Source: Haliotis cracherodii
Lineage: Eukaryota
Direction of reading: 5' to 3'
NCBI RefSeq assembly: GCF_022045235.1
Contig: NW_027266265.1
Span: 19,964,001-20,028,000, forward strand
DNA: 64,000 nt
Part shown: one piece after another, positions 54,801 through 64,000 of the stretch
Position numbering within the stretch: position 1 is the first letter of the stretch
How the letters are laid out: each line of letters begins with the position of its first letter
Program-made: the position numbers and the translations under genes
Notes under the pieces: model-generated
Database searches by the model: none
Seen by the model: only the letters and a program-made list of their open reading frames with translations
Told to the model about the DNA's origin: nothing

Positions 54801-55945
54801 TGAGTAGTATATATGTAGAGGACGTCATCACTTTGGAAAAGAAGAACATGCTGTCTCCAGCCTGCGAGTTAGATATGACAATAAACTTGTGTGATTCTGT
54901 CGAGTTTCTGTCAATAAATCTCAATACAATAGAAGATTACAGTTACCAAAGGCTAACTTACAATGAAAGTCCACTCAAAAGGGAAGACGAAGACAAGGCT
55001 AGTGATGTTGGCAAGGATGGAGAGGAAGCTGAAGAGGAGGGTTAGGATGAGGACGAATATCATGATACGGAAATGCCAGCTGAGGGGCAGGTTGAGAAGT
55101 CCACCTTCATATCCACCAGACGTTACCAGGCACACCAGTGTCATCATTGACAGGATCTGCAACATCCACCATAACTAGAACTTGCTTTGTTCTTATGTAG
55201 TTTCAGGGCTACAAATTATCAATACATTACAAGAATTTTCATTAAAACAGATTGACATTCATAATGAATTATATACCAAAGAAGTGAGATTCTGAAAAAT
55301 AACTTTGCTGCCAGGGTTAAGTGAGTGAGTGAGTATGGTTTTACGCCGTTTTTAGCAATATTCCAGCAATATCACGGCGGGGACACCAGAAAAGGGCTTC
55401 ACACATTGTACCCATGTCAGGATTCGAACCGGGTCTTCGGCGTGACGAGCGAACGCTTTAACCACTAGGCTAACCGACCGCCCCTACCAGGGTTAAGAGG
55501 GTTAGTAGGTGATCAGGATTACACTTTTCAGCGCCCCTAAATTATGTGCAAACATGCTAAGCCTCTAAAACCCAACAAGAACAAAAGGACTTACGACTTG
55601 TAATACACGAAGAATACCGGCACACGTGAGCAAGTAACTAAAGTCAAAGATGACCATAACAACTTCATTCTTCCGTTTGTTTTTTGGAGGACTTGTTGGG
55701 GTTTTCACACGATACTTGGGTTCAGGTTTAGATTTTCGTCCATGGTCACGGTCATCAGTGTTAATATCGGAACTGATGGCTTCATTTTCCAATTCCCTGG
55801 ACGACACCTCTCGATCTTGAAGCTGAAATGGCCCATCATAATGCGGATTTGAAATACTTGTACAAGAAGATGTCTCCGAATTTGGATAGAAGCTTGGTTC
55901 TTCGCTTAGTTCACTGTGATGAGAAGGATCGTCTTCTTCATCCAT
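45802..55945 (-). CDS. MARVEL-domain (CMTM/plasmolipin-like) four-TM protein, 4 exons, 268 aa
   Basis: Exons 55945-55595, 55156-54962, 46602-46468 and 45927-45802, all phase 0 with gtaagt donors. FDFSYLLTCAGILRVLQV/ILSMMTLVCL matches a MARVEL start. Four hydrophobic segments, W..IDLILYSVFAFLYLVGTSLVA and VFGYICMAFYG. Confidence 0.85.
48480..49458. mobile_element. non-autonomous hAT-like element with a 6-bp TSD
   Basis: Termini CAGGGATGT...ACATCCCTG flanked by AATAAT (48474-79 and 49459-64). Internal ~120-bp tandem duplication at 49098-49343. Confidence 0.7.
50053..50150 (-). mobile_element. 5'-truncated tRNA-SINE
   Basis: 3' half of the family seen at 55321; flanked by the direct repeat gtactagactaga. 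Confidence 0.8.
53281..53968 (+). mobile_element. Penelope-like element 3' fragment (GIY-YIG endonuclease) nested in the Gypsy
   Basis: Reads GAVYHIPCNCGQAYIGETSRPLKTRIKEH...SALSDH. 53281-53335 is an inverted copy of ~53559-53612. Confidence 0.88.
53883..53918 (+). ncRNA. variant minimal hammerhead-like motif in the Penelope 3' region
   Basis: cttgataa + stem cggtgt/acaccg + aaacgtcg. The core departs from CUGANGA at two positions. Confidence 0.4.
54683..54809. mobile_element. 127-bp palindromic Tc1-type MITE in the Gypsy 3' LTR
   Basis: tactactcaaaagaagttaaggatcacc...ggtgatccttaacttcttttgagtagta with TA duplication; absent from the 5' LTR (50715-50725). Confidence 0.88.
55321..55486 (-). 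mobile_element. full-length tRNA-derived SINE with TSD
   Basis: Minus strand reads TAGCCTAGTGG...GGTTCGAATCC, with an (ACTC)n tail. TSD ccagggttaa at 55311-55320 and 55487-55496. Confidence 0.9.
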
Positions 55946-56314
55946 GTCTCAACTAATACCAAATTTCAACTGATTTTATTCAACATCGTCAACCCATTTT
56001 GACATTAAACCGGAAGTAATGCAGACGGCTCTTTAATTGTCGCTTAAACACACGTACATACGACTTACGTTTTTATACTTTGATTATGATCAGATAAAAC
56101 TACAGTATGTGGCTTATCTATATTCACTTTCATTTTGTTTAACTGCAGTGGTATGATTCCGCTGGAAACAGCGCGTCCTTCATGTTTGTGATGTTGTAAG
56201 CGTACATCATAATTTTATCACGTGATGGTCAAAATGGCGTCAACCAAACAGGAAGCTGCAATAGTGATCCTTTAAGTTCATGCTTTCGTAACATTTAAGT
56301 TGTAATCATTCAAA
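55946..56314. promoter_or_regulatory. bidirectional promoter between the MARVEL gene and VAC14
   Basis: 369 bp between divergent ATGs. ETS motif accggaagt at 56009-17, E-box atcacgtgat at 56217-26, YY1-type aaaatggcg at 56231-39. Confidence 0.65.
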
Positions 56315-59300
56315 ATGAGCGAAAGGGACTATGCTCCGTTGAGTGCTTCTTGTATAAGAGCACTCAATGACAAGCTGTATGAAAAGAGAAAAGTGGCAGC
56401 GTTGGAAATAGAAAGGTTTGTGTTCACAGCATGATTGATTTCACATGACATATTCGCTACATATTAATGACACTGAACGTATTGAAAAGACAGTTGTTTT
56501 TATTTTAGTTTAGTTTGTGTGGCAAAGTTCTACTTCGGCTTTATCTTCCACACCCAACCCTGCGAACTGCAAAGGTAGCGGAGCCACGATTGGGTCCTAC
56601 AATCAAGACATGACCCTATATTACGGCTAAGAACACCACCTTCATAAATCCTATTTGGACTGTGGTGGCCGATTACACTCATATTTTCTGAGATTTTTTG
56701 AATTTTTTTAACGTGGGTTTGTGACTGAAAAGTTGACATTTCTGTACTCCCAGATGATTTCACCATCTATACATACTTGTCATAATTTGATTACCCCAAC
56801 TTGAGGTAATAACAGACTGGTAACCTGTTCACTTCATGTTTTGATGGTAGTGAGCTCCTGACCTAGGTCATCTTTGGCAAGCCTGAAGATTGTCAGGCAC
56901 AGCTATTTAGCACAATTTGGCACCGGCAGCACACTTAATGGGTACTATCCTTAGCCCATGAACCCTTTTCCAAATTACAATCAGGCACTGTTTGATTACC
57001 CAAACTCTGTGAAGTTACCAATACAGCTATGAGCTAGGTTTACACTGGAATATGTTTGACTGCCCATTAACAACAGATTCATGATGTTATGTATGTGAGC
57101 AAAGTGTTTTATTCAAATTGAGGGGTCCTTGACTTTTCCCCAATGTTAAAAGTTAGTGATTTATGGCATCTCTAGATTAAAATACTATAGGTGAAAGCCC
57201 AGGGAACCCCAGAGCTACTCTTAATTTGGAACACTGTGAGTGTTTATTTTCAGAGTATCTGGTTTGGAGAACAAGACAAAGTTACAAAGTACACCCACAT
57301 CAGCCCCCAGGACTTGGTTGCCAAATTTAAATATCTCTAGGTCAAATGGTTATTTTCGATCAGTCAGAAGAACTCTTTTAAAGGAAAAATATTAGAGATA
57401 CTTATAGCTTGGCCCATAGATGTCACTGTGCACATGTCCTGTGTCTAAAACAAACAAAAGAATATCAATCTCTCCAAATCTCCCTCTTTCCCCATTACCC
57501 CTCCCTCGGACATCTGACCGTGGCTCCCTACTATTGCAAGAAAACTTGCTTTGGTTAGGAACAGCAAGTATTAGTCAAGTGTGGGGCTCACCAGAGATGA
57601 ATCTTGACCATTCTTCTTGTATTAATCTTTCTCGAGAGAAATGGAGGACAGTTATAAAGAATCTCATTAAAAAAAAAATCTTTTACTCTGATTTTATTCT
57701 TCTCTCTGTCAAGATCCGACAACCCTTCCCTGGGCGAACTGTGACCAACCTTTCAAATAAAGGATTCATGATTTTATTATGGTTCTGTTCGGATGAACAA
57801 AACCTTCCAAATGGCATGGAGGTTTTCTTGGGGGCATTAGTCAGCAAAGAGCTGTAGTCACAGGAGGCTAATCACAATTTTATTTACAAGAACAATTCAC
57901 AATATACAATTTACAATATCTCAGAATATAGGTGAGAGTGCCACAGAGAGTCCTTCTGGGCTCTCGGAGAGAGGTCTGCTTGGTATGAGTGTCAAACGCC
58001 TTCTGCTTAACATTTTGCCTCTGTATGTATTCAACAAAAATTACAACAATAAAAAGGAATATGATTGGTTGATACACGATGGGGTGTGCCCTATGGTTAA
58101 TGAGTGGCTAGACAGAGGCGAATACTTAATCCTGTTAATCCTGTTGGACTGGCACTAATCTTGTTGACATATTTACTGGGTGCGTGGAAAGAGATTATGG
58201 TATCACTATAGACGAGCTTGTATGGGGTCCAATCCTTAGTGAGTCTAAATTGAAGTAATTGCTGAATGTTATTCTAATATAGGTGATGACAGATTTACTT
58301 AAATAAAATAGTTCAAGGCAATCTATAAGACTATGTAGACATATCATTTGTCTTATTGGATATTATGTCTGTGAGATGGGATCTTGATACCTTAGGCTAG
58401 TATTTATCTAGAAGCTTTAAATCTATTAAACTATGTAGACATAACTTTTGTCTTATTGAATAGTATGTCTAGGAGATGTGTTCTCGTTACCTTAAACTAG
58501 CATTTATCTAAAAAACTATGACTGAAACTACTGATATTTTGTACATGCATTTTACCTGATGACATGTATTAATTGCTAAACCATAATTATAAGAAATGTT
58601 GTATAAATGTTACACCATGATAACTCATAAAAGCACTTGCTGTGGATCTAATTATTATATGAAAACTTAGTATAAATGTTATATCATGAGAATATCTTAA
58701 GCCAATCATATGTCAGTCTTCTTAAATGATGCAATTTCAATTCTTTATCGCTTTTATTCTGAAATGTCAACCTTAACAAAAAACAACAACTTGAGGAATG
58801 TCCAGGGATCAAGTACTTGCAGAAAAAGGGCTTATCACCAAAAGCCATCCACGAAGGTATGAGTACATCACTAGGGAAGGATGCCCCTTGCTATGGCACA
58901 GTGAGTGGGCAGCAGAGATTAAGATTGGCAGGGAGAACCTTGAAGACAAACTCTGTTCTGGAAGGCTGTGACATCCGAACACAAGAAATGATCCAGAGAA
59001 TCCACGATATCGTGCTGACTGACCATGCTCACCTGGAGAGTACATTCCATAATCACAGGAACTTTGGCAATCAAGAAAGCTTCAACTTGTTGGGTGATTA
59101 TCTTGCTCTGTTTGCAGCTGATCCCGAATGGTTCTTGCAAAGATTTCTGACAGTGGATCAACCAGGGTTCTTCACTTCCAGCCAAACAACAATCAATACA
59201 GTTGAAGCATTTGACATCACCACCACCACCTAAGAAGGCAAAGAATGTTCCATCAGCAAGAAGGGTATGGCATCCTTGTTCTGCAATGCTGAGGGTGTCA

Positions 59301-62300
59301 GCGTTGAACTATCTTCCCAATCTTCACAACGAACAGGGCATATTATGCTACACTTTTGAGGCAATTACAGGATGAAATTAAAACATAAAAGCTGTGCAGT
59401 GCACAAATCAGTCATTGCCTACAATCCATGGGTGTGGCTTTGAACTCCTCCAGCATGCACCTTATTCTCCTGATCTGGCGCCATTCGTCTTCATCTCTTC
59501 CCAACATGAACAAACTCTAGCAAGAACCCATTTTGACTTGAATGATGACTTAATGGAATCTCTGGAGAACCTTTTGGTCAGCCAAGAGAAGGATTTCCAG
59601 AAAACTGGATTAATATCCCTCCAACATTGTTGGCAAAAGTGTATCAATGTGGAAGGGGATTTTTTTTAAAATAAATCTATTTAATGTCTTTAGATCAAGT
59701 TTAGTGCAGCGTTTAATTTTCCCCATTCATATCTGCCCACTTGCTTCTTTTTGGTGGGACATGCAGAAAGCAGGTATGCTGTTCCGTATGCCTCGCTCAT
59801 TTGCACCTAGAATATAGAAGCTGCTATGTTGATAGAAAGTTTACCTGTCAGATCTTGATGAAGAGATGTGTAACAAAAGAGATCTGATTCTAAAGGTATT
59901 GGGTTATAGCTGCCAATCCAGACTCTCTATCATTGAACTGTTTCAAGTATGAGCACACTTACATGAAACAAGCAATGATAATGCCAGTACTCGACTCATG
60001 TATTTTGCATGCAGTCTCAATACAACTTGAATGCTTGATACGAGTATCATAAGGACTTCCTTAACACAGCTGTGTGATCTACATAACAGTTTTTGTGTTG
60101 AGTGTTGCCTTCAGAGGCTTCAATTATAAAACCAAAGTGCTGACGGAAATGCTAAAAAAATGCTTTTTGCCTGTTAAAAAAGGATATAATTTTTCACAGG
60201 CTGTTGTTATTGAAATATCGAAAAACTACCAATCGACCTACCTGTGGTTTGAAGTATTTCAGTCACAAGGAGTCCTATCCACAAGTTTACAGGAGACAAA
60301 CGAAAACAGGAAGTTCACATATATTCTAAGGCCAATGATGACAGTCTAAAACAGACTATAGAAATATGCACATGTGACTCTGTTATAATGATAATAATGT
60401 AGTCTTCATAAAACATCTAATCCACACACAAAAGTCATTTGGACAAAATTCTAGATGTGCATCTTCTTTAATGACAAAATGACACTGCGTTTCTTTTGTC
60501 AACACTGCTCCCATGATGCATGTTACAATACACTTGCATAGCCATAACCATGGTACACGACATAGACTCTGTATAAGGAAATGTAAACAAGTTCTTTACA
60601 CTTTAGAGAGATAGCGGGAAACCATTGATTAATTTAGATAGGGTGAATTATCAAACTTTCAAAGCTATGGTGTTTTCAATTCATACCATCAAGTCTACGG
60701 TATGATGAATAAAACAGGTATAGGGGTGGTCTCAAAAAACAAAACCGGGACATAAAAGGATATTAGACAGCTTTGATACAGGGTGATTAGGCGTATAGTG
60801 TACAAGCTTTATGAGCAGAAGGTAACCCTGACTTGTAGTAGAATTTGGGAGGAAATTAAAGATACGATTAATGTTTCCCTGACTGCACTAACTATTGCTC
60901 GCCAAGAGATGGGATTTCGATGACAGAGCAGTTTTTAGGGGAAAATATTCCATCCTGTCTATGAGGTCACATTATCTCCGAACCATTCATAACTATCAAA
61001 GTCAGGGCGTCAAGATAATTTACCTTGATGAATCATTCTATTGACTATATGTGGCTATCAGCAGATGGACAAAAAGCACCCATGGTACCGTCAGGTAAAG
61101 GTAAATAAAAAAATTGTTTTGCATGCCGCAACCCATGATATGGGGCTTATTGATGGATGTGTGCTAGTTTTCGAGGCGAAAAAGAAACTGGTGATTTTTA
61201 CAAGGAAATTATAGGAGGTGATGTGTTTACAGACTGGTTGGAACATCGGCTATTGCCCATTTTAAACAACGTCATTGTCATTGTCATGGATTGCTTCAGT
61301 TAAAATAAGGTCTGGGAATCTGATACTGTCACCCTAACCATGAGTAGTCTGAAGGCAACCATACAGGAATATATGACATTGTCGACCGCAGACCATCTGA
61401 AACAAAAGTTCAACTCATGGAGAAAATTCGTCTGAATAAGAAAGCAGTAAAGTACCGGTATAAGACATATGTGCAGGCGGCACAACACGGTTACGTTGTC
61501 TTAGGTATGCCAGTCTGACATTGTGAGCTCAACCTTGTCTATCTTGGCTAAATATACAGGGTTCGTGGCAAGACATAACACAACATTCAAAAGTACAGAT
61601 TCATATGCGTCATAGTGGAAATAAATGCTACCACCTGTAGAAAAACAAATACTTCTTGATTCAACAACCGCAACCTTCCAATACTCATCCTGTTTCAAAG
61701 CTTTTAACTATTCCATCATGTTTCCAAGCAAATATAATGCAGTACATATCCGACATTGCTACCCAAACAACGCACATGTTAATGAAGTACATTAACAGCA
61801 ATATTTTGAAACTACCCCCAACTCTGGTTACATTTGCACCTGTGAGAATGCACGGGACGGTGTGAGGTCATCAACTCGGGACAGGTGTTAGGTAATTAGC
61901 TCAGGTTATATGCCGTTTCATACATGCATGACAACACACATATTTTCTAAGTTTATCATCATTTTACCTATAAAAGTTCCATTTAATCACAATGACAATG
62001 TCAGTTAGGACAGGCCAGATTAGGTCAATTTGAGTTATTTTGATATATGATCTTTTGATAGTCCTATGACGCATATTTATTAAATGAAGCCAGAAAAGCA
62101 TTTTTCTAGCATTTCCGACAGTACTTTAGATCCATGCTGAACCCTTTTTCAGAAGAATCTTCTTGAATGGTTGTTAATATCAAGATCAATCGTCAGTACT
62201 TCCCCTATCACCCTTGTATAGATACGACTGCTTCTCGGCGTAGTGTCTTCTTTTTGCCAGCTGCTCTTGACACGTGAGCCCCACCGTGTGCATGAATGTC

Positions 62301-63886
62301 GTGTGTACATTGCCACTGCCTCATACTGAAGCAATGTGCCTGGAGAAATGTGTAATCTGAGAGCACAACATATGCTACTGAGGATTGCAACAACTGAATG
62401 CACTTATGTCCCCTCAGCATCAAAGACGTGGTTTGACGACCGAAGAATTAGGCAGATGCATAGGCATGCTTGAAACTGGGTCAACACAAGGTCACGTTGC
62501 AGACGTCTTTGATGTCAGCCAAAGTATGATCTGCATGGCATGGAACTGATTCCCATAAGTGATTTTGATCAGCTACCCAGAAACATGTAGGTTGTCAAGA
62601 GCATTCTACCCATTGACCCGACATCACAGGTAGGTACTTTCTGATTGGACTGAGATCATGTCAATTGGGCAGACTAGGACTGGACTCCAGTACTTTTCAC
62701 TGATGAATCAAAGTACTGTCTATAGTTTGGAGATAGCCGTGCCTGAGTGTGGCGTAGACAGGGAGAAAGATATAGAGGGGTCAAAATGATGATTTGGGGT
62801 GTGATCAGTAGAGCTGGAAGAACCTATCTCCATGTCCTATAGCGGGGTCGCTACAGGGATGACATTGTGGATGTGTATGCGAGACTGTATGCTGATGCAA
62901 TTGGAGGAGGATAACGCGAGACCTCATCGTGCCAGGGTCATTGATGACTACTTTAGAGCAGGAGACCATTGTCTGCATGGAGTGGCCAGTCCAGTCACCA
63001 GACCTCAACCCTATGGAACACATGTGGAATGAGCTGCAGAATGCCCATGCACGACGCCCTGTCCCTTCTCCAACTCTACAGGAATGGTCTTACTGAAGAG
63101 TGGAACAATCTTCCCTTGGCAACCATCCAGACACGTATTGGGAGCATGAGATGACGGTGTCAGGCTGTGATATCATCGCTTAGATCACATGCACACTACA
63201 GAGTTTTTTTTGTTTTTTTTGGACGGTGAATTTATTTTCGTGACTTTTGGGAGATTTCAGTTTTGGTCTGATACTCTCATTTTGATGGGTAAAGTGACTG
63301 ATTATTTATTTCCATTTCCCCAAAATGTACAGTCAGCAGTTCCGTGAAGTGAGTAATATACAGTGTGGCCTTAGATATCAACTTAGTGTGTTCATAGAAA
63401 GGTGGACCAGAAAATAACAAACAATAGTTTACCTAGTATCTTGTTTACATTATCACAAAATTATTTAAACATGTTAAACATGCTTTAGAATGATAATCAG
63501 CTGCTGTGACTCCTTACTAGAGATCCTAGTACAAAACCCAGCATTTTGTGGAATTTAGGGCAGTCATTGAAGTGCTCATTGACTAACCTGTGTAGTGATG
63601 TCCCCGCTGGGTGGAGCAATGAATCTCAGCCCTACAAGGTGACTTGTAAGGCTACATGTTATATTTTCAGGTAGCATTCTGCCTAGTTGTTATTGTATTT
63701 GTTGTTTACAACAATTTTACCATATCTATTTTCAGAATGGTGAAAGACTTCTCCACCTCTCTTCAGTTTGATCAAATAAAACGGATCCTGAAAGTCCTTG
63801 GTGATGACTTTGCATATTCCAGCAACCCCAACACACGGAAAGGTGGACTGATTGGTCTTGCTGCCACAGCCATTGCACTGGGAAAA
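56315..63886 (+). CDS. VAC14: VAC14 (PIKfyve complex scaffold), exons 1-2, continues beyond the window
   Basis: Exons 56315-56415 and 63736-63886: [39 protein letters not shown]...[27 protein letters not shown]|gtaagt, the highly conserved VAC14 N-terminus. Confidence 0.96.
58760..59670 (+). mobile_element. degraded mariner transposase fragment
   Basis: FLQRFLTVD and [16 protein letters not shown]...[15 protein letters not shown]; many lesions. Confidence 0.8.
60700..61560 (+). mobile_element. degraded IS630/Tc1/mariner-type transposase fragment
   Basis: Scattered motifs IIYLDES (~61015-61035), VPSGKG (~61085-61102) and VIVMD (~61277-61291). Boundaries are approximate. Confidence 0.55.
62420..63200 (+). 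mobile_element. degraded Tc1 transposase fragment
   Basis: [28 protein letters not shown] and a [10 protein letters not shown]-like motif. Confidence 0.8.
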
Positions 63887-64000
63887 GTAAGTTGTAGGGT
63901 TGCGACGGGTACTCGAGTACCCGCTAACAGGTCAGGTAGCTTAGGACTCAAGTCCAATTTTCAGGACTCGAGTATCCGTTCAGGGGAGATAACTCTAATC

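Larger units (their letters stand above)
50687..54941 (+). mobile_element. decayed Gypsy (Mag-like) LTR retrotransposon
   Basis: LTRs at ~50687-50859 and 54639-54941, both ending TTACA. PBS tggtgtcaga at 50860; PPT aaagtggaga before the 3' LTR; flanks gttt/gtta. Gag from 51032 with CCHC knuckle CSLCHIVGHYARVC; protease KIDCGAEANII; partial RT; RNase H DASQRGLGCVLLQ...YSNIERELLA; integrase C-terminus RRNRIHLKP. Many stops and frameshifts. Confidence 0.92.

Noticed and set aside
55420-55486. tRNA gene (also 6239-6312 and 23791-23862)
   Set aside because: The first two are SINE heads with body and tail (and a TSD at 55321). The third has mismatched stems and lies inside an insertion.
57250-58290. 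Possible minus-strand LINE remnant and the 145-aa ORF 57420-57857 in VAC14 intron 1
   Set aside because: The composition is suggestive, but no diagnostic motif could be read with confidence.

Overview
Animal genomic DNA with GT-AG introns and many transposons; the SINE repertoire suggests a gastropod mollusc, probably Haliotis (inference). Five multi-exon genes can be spliced by hand with consistent phases: (1) an unnamed ~961-aa + strand gene combining an acidic-aromatic patch, ~35 copies of a 12-aa His-rich repeat, an HMG box and a C-terminal CW zinc finger (1078-13164); (2) CFDP1/BCNT on the - strand (16556-25469); (3) TMEM170 on the + strand (29131-38570); (4) a MARVEL/CMTM-like membrane protein on the - strand (45802-55945); (5) exons 1-2 of VAC14 on the + strand (56315-63886, continuing past the window). 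Introns and spacers hold nine unrelated minisatellites, all in the first 37 kb. They also hold Tc1/mariner, Sola2-like, hAT-like, DIRS-like, Gypsy and Penelope remnants, tRNA-derived SINEs, and a 161-bp tRNA-containing solo LTR. The main points of interest are the HMG+CW domain combination, an intron of that gene built from 16 tandem copies of its own exon/donor junction, and the tRNA-bearing solo LTR, whose empty site is visible in a paralogous repeat in the same window. All calls were made by eye; no database searches were run.
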